A stretch of DNA of 64,000 nucleotides. Origin: Vulcanimicrobiota bacterium. Its GTDB lineage: Bacteria > Vulcanimicrobiota > Vulcanimicrobiia > Vulcanimicrobiales > Vulcanimicrobiaceae. This document shows, one piece after another, positions 49,653 to 61,260 of this stretch (position 1 is the first letter of the stretch; every line of letters starts with the position of its first letter). Under the pieces are notes generated by a model, which saw nothing but the letters and a program-made list of their open reading frames with translations, did no database searches and was not told the DNA's origin. Both the position numbers and the translations under genes were made by a program. The DNA lies in NCBI GenBank assembly GCA_963733295.1, contig CAVTCS010000003.1, positions 2,016,001-2,080,000 on the forward strand. Direction: 5' to 3'.

Positions 49653-51568
49653 TGCGCCTCGCGATCGTGACGCCGTGGTTCGGACGCGAACTCCGCGGTG
49701 GCGCCGAACAGCAAAGTTGGCAACTGGCCCATCATCTCGCAGCGAGAGGACACTCCGTCGACGTCCTGACGACGTGCTCGGCAAGCTTCGACGACGATTG
49801 GTCGCGTAACCGGTTACGCCCGGGAGTCGAGAAGCTCGGCAATTTTACGGTGCGCCGTTTTAAGGTCGGCAAGAGGAACCGTCGAGCCTTCGCTCGCGTC
49901 AACGCGATTCTCACCGCGCTCGAATCCAAAGAGCTCAAGCGCTCCGTCAGTCCGATCGGCGACGAAGACGCTGCGATCTTCAGCGAGCAGAACATCAACT
50001 CGCCGGCGTTGCTGCACTACTTGGAGAAGCACGGGCGCGACTATCACTCGATCATTTTCATCCCGTATCTCTACGGCACGACGCTGGTCGGAATTCCGCT
50101 CGTCGCGGAGCGCGCATACTTGCAGCCCTGCTTGCACGACGAATCGTATGCATATCTGCCTGCCGTGAGTGAAGCCGTTCACCGTGCGCGAGGTCTCCTC
50201 TTCAACAGCGAAGGGGAGTTCGAGATCGCGCTGCGCCTCTTCGGACCGGGCATCATCCCGAAGTCGAACGTGGTCGGTCAAGGCGTCGACGAGTTTCCCG
50301 CCGCCACGGCCGGGCTCGAGCGCGTGGGTAACTTCGTCCCGCGCCACGAGCACTACGTGCTGTATCTGGGACGTCAGGACCCCGCGAAAAACATCGGACT
50401 GCTAGTTCACGCCTTCGGCGAATTCAAACGGCGCCACCCGATGTCGCGCCTCAAGCTCGTGCTCGCCGGGCAACGCCCCACGTCGTACGGCGACACGACG
50501 AAGGACATCATCGACGTCGGTCCGGTCGGCGAACCCGAAAAGGTCGAACTCCTGCGCCACATGCGAGCTCTCGTGCAACCGAGTTTGATGGAAAGCTACT
50601 CGCGCGTGATGATCGAAGCGTGGCTGTTCGGCAAGCCGGTCATCGTGCACGAGGATTGCCTCGCAACGGCGACCGTCGTACGGCAAGTCGAGGGCGGCCT
50701 GCGGGCCGGCTCGACAACCTCATGGGAGGCCGCGTTGTACACCGTCGACGTCGCCGAGCGGGCCACGCTCGACGCGATGGGCGAACGCGGCGCGGCCTAC
50801 GCGCACCGTGCCGCCGACTGGAATCTCGTCATCGACAACTACGAGCGAGCCTTGACCACGACCGCGTCGCTTGCAGCCGCGACAAACGGCTCGCATTTCA
50901 GCGGACCGAAGAACGGCGCGGCGGGTTTACCGGTGGTCGATCCGCGCGTCTGGGACCGCGACGACGATCGGCCCCTCGCCAAAGCGCTGCAGGACGGTTG
51001 CACGAATCTGATTTACGTCGGTTCGCTGGCAGCTATCGAACCGCTCAACCAACTGCTGACGACGTTCTTGCACTATCTCACTCTGGACCGCGAGTCGAGG
51101 CTCGTGCTGGTCGGACGCGGCGAAGTGCGCAACGAGATCTACGAGCGGCTCTACGCGGAGGTTCGTTCGCTGGATTTGGCCGATCACGTTTTGGTCGCCC
51201 GCGACGTCCTCATGCCGCAGTTGCAGGCCGTCTACCGGACGGCGAGCCTGTTCTGGTCGCTCGACGACGTCTCGCCGCCGATCGAGGGCTTCCTCGAAGC
51301 GATGTGGTTCGACGTCCCGATCCTGGCGTACAAGTCCCCGGCAGCCGAGCAGGTCGTCGGCGACGCGGGAATCCTGTTGCGAGAAAAGCACGATCTACTC
51401 AGCGTCGCCGTGCTAGCGCAGACGATCACGACCGATCGCTCGCTGCACGACAAGATCGTCGCGGCGCAGAGGATTGCGAGAGGACGGTTTAAAGCGATCG
51501 CCGATACCGCCGCCGCGAACAACGAGGGCTTGCGAAGTCTCGCCCGGACCGCGACTATTCGACGGTGA
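49652..51568 (+). CDS. Glycosyltransferase family 4 with an extra partial GT-B domain
   Basis: GGAE, YLGRQDPAKN, ESYSRVMIEAW, second LEAMWFDVPI motif. Confidence 0.87.
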   Translation: MRLAIVTPWFGRELRGGAEQQSWQLAHHLAARGHSVDVLTTCSASFDDDWSRNRLRPGVEKLGNFTVRRFKVGKRNRRAFARVNAILTALESKELKRSVSPIGDEDAAIFSEQNINSPALLHYLEKHGRDYHSIIFIPYLYGTTLVGIPLVAERAYLQPCLHDESYAYLPAVSEAVHRARGLLFNSEGEFEIALRLFGPGIIPKSNVVGQGVDEFPAATAGLERVGNFVPRHEHYVLYLGRQDPAKNIGLLVHAFGEFKRRHPMSRLKLVLAGQRPTSYGDTTKDIIDVGPVGEPEKVELLRHMRALVQPSLMESYSRVMIEAWLFGKPVIVHEDCLATATVVRQVEGGLRAGSTTSWEAALYTVDVAERATLDAMGERGAAYAHRAADWNLVIDNYERALTTTASLAAATNGSHFSGPKNGAAGLPVVDPRVWDRDDDRPLAKALQDGCTNLIYVGSLAAIEPLNQLLTTFLHYLTLDRESRLVLVGRGEVRNEIYERLYAEVRSLDLADHVLVARDVLMPQLQAVYRTASLFWSLDDVSPPIEGFLEAMWFDVPILAYKSPAAEQVVGDAGILLREKHDLLSVAVLAQTITTDRSLHDKIVAAQRIARGRFKAIADTAAANNEGLRSLARTATIRR

Positions 51569-54500
51569 GTTTGACTCTGATCTTTGACAGGTAGTACTCG
51601 GAACCGTTGCCCGTCATAGATTCGCAAACTGACATCGTGGACGCCCTTTGAAAGCGAGTTTGCGGGAATTGTGATCAGGAAACCGGATGGCGCGAATGCA
51701 TCGTTTCCTAGCGCCGAGGCGACGTCCGGACGCTGCGAGCCGTAAACACCGGCCACATCTTTTTTAGCGTCGATGACTGCGCTGACTCCCCAGCGACTCC
51801 CCCACTCAATTTGTCGATAGCCCAACCTCGGAGTGTCATCGGATCGGCGGCATTCACAGTCGCCAACGCCGGCGTCTCGTTCGTCTCGGTCAACGGCCGT
51901 CGTCCAACGACGAATCGTCCAACGCATAGGCCGTCGCTTCGGGTAACTCGTGGTGCCGCCGCGGGGAGCGTCTGCGCGACTGCACGACGACGGTTGACCA
52001 AGCCGGGTCGACATAGTAGCCTTCCCTGCTTTGATCCTCAAGAAGGAACGCTAAACGGTGCGTGCCCTCGCGCAGCAACGCCGACGGAACGATGATGTTG
52101 AATCCGGATCTCTCATACTGTGGGTTCTTTAACGTTGCCGCCACGTCGGGGCGGGCGAACAAAGGCCCTCTTGCACGCGCAAATTGATCGACTTGAAGAG
52201 TACGCGACGGACGGCGCCGCTTTCGCGGACTCTTCGATGGCCCAGCCGAGAAACTGATAGATTCTGGCCTTCAGTCATGACGATTTTCGCACCCTTTTTG
52301 AAGATCTGCTTTTGACCACCGACAGTTAGAACGTCCAGCGTCAAAAGCGGTTTGCCTGGAAGAACCGCTAATGCGCGCTGGGCGGTTCCGCCGCGTCGTA
52401 GGCGACATCTGCCGCCTTGTGGCCCGTTTGAGAGATCACGATGCCTACCAGCAAAATCAGAATTGCGAGCGCGCCGATGGTCGTCTCAAGCCAATATTTG
52501 GCCGCGAATCTCGTGAAACTAAAGTCGCTGGTTTGGTCATTTTTCCTTCATCGATTCTTATTTTACTCGGCATAGATGCAGAGGCTCGTCATCTATAGCG
52601 AATGGTCGAAAAGCTGCATTCGATGCGGCTCTGAAAAAAGAAAGGCGTGCTTGTGACAAACTCAACGCTGCTCGGTCGGTGAAACCACATTCCTTTGAAG
52701 AAAGCGGCGAAGTTGATCCAAGCTCCGCGGCAACGGGGCAATCAGAAATCCGTCCCGGCCATTCTCTGCGACGATTCGGTAATCCGAAACCTCACCCTGC
52801 GAATCCACTCTAAGACGAACCGCCGGCGCGCGAAAGAGCAGCTTTAGCGCTTGCCCCAGCAAGCTGTACCGCACGTCCAAAGTCATGAATAAAAGGTCGT
52901 CTGAAGAAACGATCGGTATCGGTTCATTCCATGAGTATACGTGGCTGAGAAAGCCGCGTCCGCAACGCTACACCTATTCGGAACGCGCTTCATGACCAAT
53001 ACGTCTTGGTTCCCTTCGGTCGCGACGATTCGCGGAATGGCGGGATCAATGGAATAGTTGCACAGAATCTCGCAGCGTGGCAGCAGGTTGATCCCAGAGA
53101 GGATGCCTGCCATCGATAGCATCCCAGAGATAAAGCGTTCGCGCGGCGCCCGTTGTCCTGACGTGTTCAGCGTCGACGTGATCGAGCGCCGGAGTGTATG
53201 CAGAATATGCTTGAAGAACGGGATCTGGATTCCAGACGAATCCGTTCGCAAAGACAACCGAAGTCTCCCAGGCGACGTCCACAGACGAACTGCCGATCGC
53301 CTTCACCACCGACGGCGCCAGGCGGTCGGGCCGCAGACCGTCGCTGTCGATTGCAGCGACTTGCTGGCCGCCACGCCAGGCTCCCATGAACCGCGCAAGG
53401 TCCCGACCGACCCGTTCCGGCGATAGCGCATTGAGACGGGGCCTCGGGTGCCCCTCGGCGCGCCCCACGAACACTGAGCTGCGAAAAGCAATCGGCGTGA
53501 CGACAGCATTGATCGCAAGAGATCGGCGAAGCCGGCGGACAAGCGAAGCACAGTACGCAGACCAGCAGAGCCGTCCAGAACGCGTATAACACATGGAGAT
53601 CTTGGCGCACGAAGCCCTCCTTGAATTCTAAGAAGGCTACAAGGGCGAGGGCGAGCGACTCCCCGAGACCAAGCGTGCGAACGTTGCCAACCAAAATCAA
53701 CCCAACGACGGCAAGAACGCAAAACGCCAGCACGAGTTGCCAGTTCGGACCCTCAATCATCATCGCGGACGAGTAGCCGGATGCGATCTGTAGAGAGTAG
53801 TGCAAATACTCGCGGTACGCCGGCAGGATCGCCATCGCGATTGCGCAGAGAACCGCCACGACCGTGAACGCTGCCGATGGCACTCCGCGTGCGCGATCCC
53901 GTGCGAGCAGCGCTCCCGCGGCGACGATCGCTAGCGCGAGCGAAACGGACACCCCGTACGTCGCGGACGCGAACGACGCGCCCGATGCAACGACGACGGC
54001 CACGAGAAACGCGAGCGCTCTTACGGTATTCAGCCGCGGCGGGAACCCGGGTAGCGCGAACACGGCGAGGCCGCCGGCGACGGCCGCTACGCCCAGGTTG
54101 AATTTGACGAGCAGTGCGAGCCCACTGAGGAAGCCGATCGCGACTACCGGTCCGCTGCCGCGCGCGGCTCTTATCCAAGGGCTGACCCAAAGCAGCATCA
54201 AGCTCAATAAGAGAACGTCCGGCGTCCACGCCTCGGTGACGGCAAAAGCGATGGCGATGACGAAAGCACATTTGACTGCAAAAGGCGAGCGGCCGGTGAG
54301 GTTGATGGCGACGGCAAGCGCACAGAGAACGGCGAGTGCGAAGGCGAAGGCGACCATTCCCCGGTAGGCGCTCCACACCGCCGAACCCGCCGCCAAGTAG
54401 CCGAGCGGCCCGTACGTGAAAACGATGTCCTTGCCAAACGCGAGTCCGGCAAGATGCGCCTCGGTGAGCGCTAGTTGCCACGAGCCGTCCAGACCAGTCG

Positions 54501-54603
54501 ACACCAGCGGTGGCAAACGGAAGGCCCGCAGAAATACGAAAACTGAAACGAGCACGAGGGAGACCCACTCCCACGGCGCGCCACGGGTTCGGGACGAACT
54601 CAA
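51565..54603 (-). CDS. Large GT-C-like multi-TM protein with C-terminal Ig-like modules (several frameshifts)
   Basis: GLDGSW, FGKDIVFTYGPLG, KFN, FKEGFVRQD, PVLQAYSAYT, IDGRHP, then RPDVA...SGF modules; 3' end approximate. Confidence 0.65.
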
Positions 54604-54613
54604 ACCGCCTCCG

Positions 54614-55610
54614 CTACGAGGCGTTGCGCGCTTTTAGAGATGCCGCGACGTAACGGTGCGTGTCATCGATTATGAAGTCGATGCCGTACTTGGGCTCCCA
54701 GCCGATCGCCTTCTTCAACTTCTGGTTGAGCCCGATCCTGAATCGCACGTCGGCGGGCGGGACGGGCATCGGTTTAACGGGCGGGAAGTTCGTACCACGG
54801 TTCACGCGCGCCCAAATCTTCTTGGCAAGCTCGCCGATCTTCTCCGTACTTTCCCCGCAGATATTGAAGTCGTCGTTTTCAAGGCCGTTTTGTAGCATCG
54901 CAGCGAGCGCCTCCGAGATATCCTTAGCGTGAGTGAAGGTTCGCACTTGCTCGCCGTCGCCGAAAATCTCAAAGGGCGTCTGCTTGACGATCGCCTTGTA
55001 GACGAAGTCGGGTATGACGTGCGACATTCCGAACTCGACGCTTCCATCCGACTTGATGTCCGGCAGCTCGCCGCTCCCCACGGCGTTAAACGGACGCACG
55101 ATGAGGTAGCGTAAGCCGAATTCCTGGTGCGCGCCTCGCGTCATGAACTCTCCGAACAGCTTCTGCATGCCGTAGTTGGTCACGGGCACCGGCTGTTGCA
55201 GGGAATCGGCCTCGGTGACAGGGCGGTCCATCCGCTCGTAGATCATCGACGAAGAAAAGTAGACGAACAGCGCCTCGGGGGCAGCGGCCAGCGTCGAATC
55301 GATCGCGTGTGCGAGAAGCTCGGTGTTATCGCGCGAGATACGATACGGGATCTTGTGAAAGTAGCGAATACCGCCGATCAGCGCTGCAAGACATAGGATG
55401 ACGTCGTATCCCTTGAACTCCATGGGATACATCGTCCGAACGTCCTTAATTTCGAGCCTGACATTCGGATGCTCGTAGAAATCGTGCTCGATATAACCGT
55501 ATTTCGAGAAGTTGTCGATGATCGTCACGCGGTGGCCTGCGTTGAGCAGCTCTCGTACGACGTACGATCCAATGAAGCCGGCACCACCGAGGCACAGAAT
55601 GTTCTTCCAT
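54614..55610 (-). CDS. NAD-dependent epimerase/dehydratase (extra base just after ATG)
   Basis: KNILCLGGAGFIG, SSSMIYE, YGMQK, RPFN. Confidence 0.9.
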
Positions 55611-55618
55611 GTTTTCTC

Positions 55619-56335
55619 CTAGATGTTAGCTGACGAGGTGCGTCTCCGGAACGCGTACGTATACCACCGCATATAGTGAGGGAGCCATTTCCGAATGTTG
55701 AAGTGCGAAGTTCCCGATACGCGGTCCCGCCAGGTCGTCGGGATTTCACCGATCCTATAGCCCGCGACATACGCCTTCACCACGAGCTCGAGTCCAATTT
55801 CGAATCCTGCTCGCGATTGTATAAGTGTCGCCCCGATGAACGCGCCTCGATACATTTTGAAATTGTTGGTTGCGTCGTGCGTCGGTATGCCGCTGAGCAA
55901 ATGAAGTGAAAGCCCGGCCGTACGCGACATGAGACTCTTGAGAGGTGGCCCCCCGATCTGCCGGCCACCACGCATATAGCGGGAACCGCACACGACGTCG
56001 TAACGGTTTTCCTCGATCAACTCGTACATCGTGTTAATATCGTTAAGGTCGTCGGATAAGTCCGCCATAGTGACGGCGACGGCGGTGCAACCGGCACCCC
56101 CTTCCAAGCCCGTTTTAACTGCATTTAACGCGCCACGGCCGTATCTATTTTTTAGGAGGCGAATCGGAAAGGGTGAGGCTTGCATCCGCTCCCGGACGAT
56201 CGGCAGCGTGTCGTCCTCGTCGAAATCGTAGACGATCGTCAGTTCGAACGGCACGCGAACCTGCGCCGCAACGGAGTCCAAAAGGTGCCCGATATTCCCA
56301 GCTTCGTTGTAGACTGGACAGACTAGCGATAGCAT
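55619..56335 (-). CDS. Glycosyltransferase family 2 (DPM1-like)
   Basis: PVYNE, MADLSD, GSRY, DATNNFK. Confidence 0.9.
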   Translation of the reverse strand: MLSLVCPVYNEAGNIGHLLDSVAAQVRVPFELTIVYDFDEDDTLPIVRERMQASPFPIRLLKNRYGRGALNAVKTGLEGGAGCTAVAVTMADLSDDLNDINTMYELIEENRYDVVCGSRYMRGGRQIGGPPLKSLMSRTAGLSLHLLSGIPTHDATNNFKMYRGAFIGATLIQSRAGFEIGLELVVKAYVAGYRIGEIPTTWRDRVSGTSHFNIRKWLPHYMRWYTYAFRRRTSSANI

Positions 56336-56357
56336 CAGACGAAAATGCGGGGCCGCT

Positions 56358-57617
56358 TCAGAGGACGCAACCTCCGCCCCACATGTTCCATACGTCTACG
56401 ACGACTTTGCCGTCCGGAATCGTGAGGTCGCGGTACTCACGATGTGGAGCGCCGAGGATGACGACGTCGCAGCGTTCGACGAGCTCATCTGCGGGCACGA
56501 AGCCAGCCTCCGCAATATAAACGTCCGAGCAAAGGACCTTCTTGCTCTCGAAGGCGAGCACCTTACGCAGCTTATACGAAAGCGACTCACGCTTGTCGTC
56601 GCTATTCGCCTTGAAGGCCATCCCTAAGATGCCAACAGTAAGCTGCGTGAGGTCGCAACGGCGCTTCAATCTGTCGACCAAATAGTTTGGTAGCCCTTCG
56701 TTTACGAGCATCGCGGCGTGGCCGAGATAGAATCTGTTGTTGTTGAACGCGGCTAACTGCATCGCGTCCTTAAAAAGACACGGCCCAGCTGCAAAACCCG
56801 GCTTGGGCAAGTCCTTTGCGCGTGGATAGTTATGGGTCATCGCATGGTGGATGCGATAGAAATCGGCGCCGTGGTCGTTCGCAAGCATAAAAAATTGGTT
56901 AGCGGTCGCGAATAGGGTGTAACGCCACGTATTCGTGAACAACTTTGCCAGTTCGGCCTCGATCGGGTCGAGCTCCACGACGTCCTGGGTCAAGGGGGCG
57001 AAGAGGTCGCGACAGCGCTGCAGACCTTCGGCTGAGTACGAGGAGATGATCTGGGGCAGCGTCCGCAGTTCTTCCATCGCGTGCCCCTCGGCAATGCGTT
57101 CCGGGCAAAACGTGACTTCAACGTCCTTTCCGCTTTCACACAGCAGACGCTTGAGGCGATCGGTCGTTCCGGGATACACCGTACTCCGCAAGACCAGAAG
57201 TTGTCCGTCGACGAGATGTTCCGACAGCGAATTCATGAGCGCACGGATCGGATCAAACTCCGGATTCAGATGGCGATCGACCGGAGTTCCGATCACGACG
57301 ATGACGACGTCGGCATCCGAAACCACGCGCGAGTCCAGGCTGAGGTGGAGCGTGCCGCGCGCGAGTGCTCCACGCAAGACTTCTTCGCACCCATCTTCCT
57401 TAAAGGGGACCTGGCCCGCACGGATCCGCTTCTCGGCAACCGGGTCGATGTCGAGTGCGCAGACCCGACGCCCCGCGCCGGCGAGAGAGACGGCGAGCGG
57501 CAGACCGACATGTCCAAAGCCACCCACCACGACGATGTCGTAGGGTTTGGTGGAGGACCCGGGCTCGGGTCGCCGTTCAACGCTGTCCGCAGCTGCGCTC
57601 GAATGGACGCTCGACAA
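56358..57617 (-). CDS. Nucleotide-sugar dehydrogenase (UDP-glucose/GDP-mannose DH family)
   Basis: GGFGHVGLP, GTP, RSTVYPG, PERIAEG, GPCLFKD, AFKANSDDKRES. Confidence 0.93.
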   Translation of the reverse strand: MSSVHSSAAADSVERRPEPGSSTKPYDIVVVGGFGHVGLPLAVSLAGAGRRVCALDIDPVAEKRIRAGQVPFKEDGCEEVLRGALARGTLHLSLDSRVVSDADVVIVVIGTPVDRHLNPEFDPIRALMNSLSEHLVDGQLLVLRSTVYPGTTDRLKRLLCESGKDVEVTFCPERIAEGHAMEELRTLPQIISSYSAEGLQRCRDLFAPLTQDVVELDPIEAELAKLFTNTWRYTLFATANQFFMLANDHGADFYRIHHAMTHNYPRAKDLPKPGFAAGPCLFKDAMQLAAFNNNRFYLGHAAMLVNEGLPNYLVDRLKRRCDLTQLTVGILGMAFKANSDDKRESLSYKLRKVLAFESKKVLCSDVYIAEAGFVPADELVERCDVVILGAPHREYRDLTIPDGKVVVDVWNMWGGGCVL

Positions 57618-57651
57618 ATCGATCCTCAGAGAATGGAGTACAGTACTCCGG

Positions 57652-58992
57652 TTATCGGCAAGAAGGCGGGCACCCTGCCCTCTGACCGCGTGGCGGCCCT
57701 TCGCCGACGCCCAGAAGGCTCGCAAAGGCATCGCGAGCGGATGGCGCTGACGGATACAGCTGGCGCAACTGGTCATCGCTTGCCGTCTCGAAGTGGCGCG
57801 CAACATCGTAATCAGCGGCGCGCGATGCGTATGTGGCCTGCATGTCGCTCAACCCCTCAAAGGTTTGTATGACGAACAGAACCGCCCCAGCGTACAAGCT
57901 GAAGATCATCGCCAGCCTTGCGGTTCGCTGCAATTTAAGACCGCTCGATGCTAAGAAGCCGAGCGATACGAGCGCAATCCAGAGCAGCGACGACAGCGTC
58001 ACATATCGTCCAGACAATGCCTGGTCGGCGCCGAGGCCCGCCCTCCCGACCGCGGTCAGTATCGAAGAAAAAATTGCGAAGGCCCCGAGCGCGATCCACG
58101 GAGCCATCCGGTCACGTAGTTCGAACCCCTTATGTCGCCGGAGAGCCAGTCCCACAGATACCGAGAAGCCGACGAGGCCAAGCACCCCGAGAGCGACCGA
58201 CAAGCCAACACCGCCGGGACGTCCAAGCGCGCCGCCGAGATACGCCAGGACGTACAATACAACGGTGCCGGCCGCGGCGTGTTCCGCACCCGACGTCGAG
58301 TGCCCGAGATATTCGTACCCGTAAAAATAAACGCACACGGCCAGAACGGCGGAGCCGACCCATAGGAGCAGGCTGCGCCGGTTCAAAGGGCTCGCTAACG
58401 CCAGCGCGACCGCCCCAGCCGGCCAAACATTGAGTCCGAATAGGCTCGAGAACGAAGCGATGTAGGCGGCCGTAATAGCCAATGCAAATGCGGCTGCTGG
58501 GCGCCGCCTCTGTTGGAGGAAAAAAAGCAACGCGAAAAGGCACGTGTTGATTAGGAACCAAACGGTTTGAAAGCCCCACAGCCAATTCTCCGTTTGCCCC
58601 AGTGAAAAAAGCAGCAGAGACTCGATGGCAAAGACGACCAGCGCCGATTTGCCTCCAATCGTCGCCCGCAATAGCAGGAGGAGAAAAAGCTGCCCGACGA
58701 CGGCGATCGCGAGGCTCGCAAGACATTCGCGCAACTGGCTCCAGCCACCGAGGCTCGCCAGTCCGAGAGCGATCAACTTGCCGAACAAGATGCGGTGGTC
58801 ATTGTGTTGTGCCCACAACGGCCCAAAACTGATAGAGCCTTTGTGGAGCGATACGATGAGCGGCGCCCAGTCGATTTCATCTTCGAACGGCACGTTGACC
58901 GCAAAGCGGGCGATAAGGAGCGCCACTACCAAAGGCGGAAGCATCGCACATACAGCCCAAGCAAAGCCCACGGAGTTAGAGAAGCTCTTCAC
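57652..58992 (-). CDS. Multi-TM membrane protein (GT-C-like)
   Basis: NVPFEDE, WAQHNDHR, QTENWLWGFQ, GRAG...SGRY. Confidence 0.72.
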   Translation of the reverse strand: MKSFSNSVGFAWAVCAMLPPLVVALLIARFAVNVPFEDEIDWAPLIVSLHKGSISFGPLWAQHNDHRILFGKLIALGLASLGGWSQLRECLASLAIAVVGQLFLLLLLRATIGGKSALVVFAIESLLLFSLGQTENWLWGFQTVWFLINTCLFALLFFLQQRRRPAAAFALAITAAYIASFSSLFGLNVWPAGAVALALASPLNRRSLLLWVGSAVLAVCVYFYGYEYLGHSTSGAEHAAAGTVVLYVLAYLGGALGRPGGVGLSVALGVLGLVGFSVSVGLALRRHKGFELRDRMAPWIALGAFAIFSSILTAVGRAGLGADQALSGRYVTLSSLLWIALVSLGFLASSGLKLQRTARLAMIFSLYAGAVLFVIQTFEGLSDMQATYASRAADYDVARHFETASDDQLRQLYPSAPSARDAFASLLGVGEGPPRGQRAGCPPSCR

Positions 58993-59014
58993 GGATGACT
59001 AGCCACAGGCTCGC

Positions 59015-59661
59015 ATGCCAAACCAACTGACTGCAACCATCCTCTTGACTGCAACCTGTGCGGCACTTTCGTATTTCTCCTTTCGCCGCACGCGCGACGC
59101 AACGCTGTCGGCAGCGCTCGGAATCATTGTGTTTCTCGCGTTCTTGGCCGGTTCGCTGTTCCGGCCCGTCGACTTCGCTCCAAAACGCGTGTCGCTCGAG
59201 ACCGGAGTCGCCGAGCATGTCGAGGGGGACGATCGCGCCGCCGTCAAGCTCGACCGGCAGGCGCTCGACAATCTCCGAACATTCCGGTGCCGGCCAACGG
59301 GCATATCGATTTCGTCGGCGTGCGTCGAAATGGGGCGATCGAGTCGTCCGGCGCTCCCGTACTGCATGCGGGGGACGAGCTGGTGTTGCGCGGGTCGATC
59401 GGCGATCCGATCGCACACGGCACCGGCAGCGGCCTCATCGCAATCGTGAACTCTTCGCAGCGTTTCGACTTCTCATCCGGATATATCGGTAGCGAGGCCG
59501 CGAGCGAGGGGGCGAACGCGGGCACGGGTTTTGCGGTAGAATTGCCCGCTTCGTCGCTGCAACGAGGGAGCAGCCAGGTGCAACTTGCCGTTATGGCGGC
59601 CGACGAACGCGGCTTCTTCAAACTGCCGGATAGGGTGACGGTCACCGTGACAGAACGGTAA
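59015..59661 (+). CDS. Membrane-anchored hypothetical protein with Ig-like C-terminus (frameshift near 59290)
   Basis: Two TMs, then GHIDFV...LRGSIGDP...TGFAVELPASSL.RG. Confidence 0.55.
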
Positions 59662-59667
59662 GCGCCA

Positions 59668-60503
59668 ATGCTGGATCGCCTGACCCCTGTGGAAGCGCAG
59701 TTAGGGCTGCCGAAAACCCGCGCCGTATCGACCGGGCTAGAGAGATACCTCGACCTGGTCCGCATATTGTCGAGCCGCACGCTGAAGACCCGTTATCGGG
59801 GCTCCATCTTGGGTGTTTACTGGTCGCTTTCGAACCCGATCCTGATGACGGGGATTTACTCCGCGATCTTCGGAACGCATTTGCGAGCTACTACGGCAAC
59901 TCAGTGTTGCGTTACGTGTTGGCCACATTCACCGGACTCGCCGTGCTGAACATCTTTTCCAATACGACTTCGCAAGCTCTTACGAGCGTCGTCGACAACG
60001 GCGGCCTTCTTAACAAGGTTCGGCTCCCCGTCAGCGTCTTTCCCCTGTCGATCGTCGCCTCGAACGCCTTTCAATTCGCGGTCGGCACGTTGCCTGTTCT
60101 GTGTCTCGTTGCGGCCTTCGGCAGCCGCAGCCTACTCAACGTCTTGTGCGTCGTTTTTCCAGCCTTGTCGCTCCTTCTTGTCACTGTCGGATTTTCGTAC
60201 ATCGTTAGCGCGCTCTACGTCTTCTTCCGCGACCTGCCTTACATGTACGAGCTCGTCCTGTTCGTGATGTGGATTACCAGCCCAAACTTTTACCCCATCG
60301 ATATCGTCCCGCTGCGAGTGCGGCCTTTTCTTGCTTTGAACCCGCTCGTGCCGATCATTAGCAGTTTGCGTCAGATCGCGCTGACTCACAACGTTCCCAA
60401 TTTGATGCTCATTGGTTGGAGCTTGCTGACCGGGATAGTGACTTTGGCAGTCGGCTTGGCCGTCTTCCACGCACTGCGTAAAGAGTTCATGGACCTGCTG
60501 TGA
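59668..60503 (+). CDS. wzm: ABC polysaccharide exporter permease (frameshift near 59880)
   Basis: [26 protein letters not shown]. Confidence 0.9.
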
Positions 60504-61252
60504 ACGCAATTGAACTCGACGGAGTCACGCTTCGGCGTCGCACGCAAGAGGAACTGAGTTACGATCTGAAGCGGTTGATCTTTCATTCGCTCACGAATCG
60601 TTATCGGAAACCTAAACGCCGCACCGTCCTGAACGAGGTAACCCTCAGCGTCGCCAAGGGTAAGAAAATTGGGATCATCGGCCCTAACGGTTCCGGAAAG
60701 TCTACCCTCCTGAAGGTAATCTGCGGGATATTGACGCCGTCTTGGGTCGCGTCGCGGTAGACGGGAGAATCGCACCTTTGATCGAGCTGGCGCCGGGTTC
60801 GACCCAAATATGTCGGTTATCGACAACATTGTTTTCTATGGCGTCTTGCTTGGTTTTCCTGAAGCCGACATGCGCGGACGCGTCCAGTCGATCCTGACGT
60901 TCGCCGAGCTCGAAGATCACGCGAGAGAACCTCTCAAGGCCTTGTCCTCCGGGATGCTGGCGCGACTCGGCTTTGGGATCGCCACGGACGTCCGCCCCGA
61001 TATTCTCTTGGTGGATGAAGTCCTGTCGGTCGGAGATCAGAGCTTTCGTACAAATCGAACGCGCGCATGCAAGAACTTTGGACCGAGCATTCGACGATCG
61101 TTCTCGTTTCACACGAGCTCGAGTTCATCGAAAAAGCGTGTACCCGCGCACTCTGGATGCAGGAGGGACGGATCGCGATGTTAGGTCCTGCTGCGGAGGT
61201 AACGGACAGCTACCGGAATTCTGCTGGAGTTCCGCCGCTCTTGCCGGTCTAG
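60500..61252 (+). CDS. wzt: ABC polysaccharide exporter ATPase without C-terminal binding domain (frameshifts)
   Basis: [32 protein letters not shown]. Confidence 0.9.
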
Positions 61253-61260
61253 CATTTGCC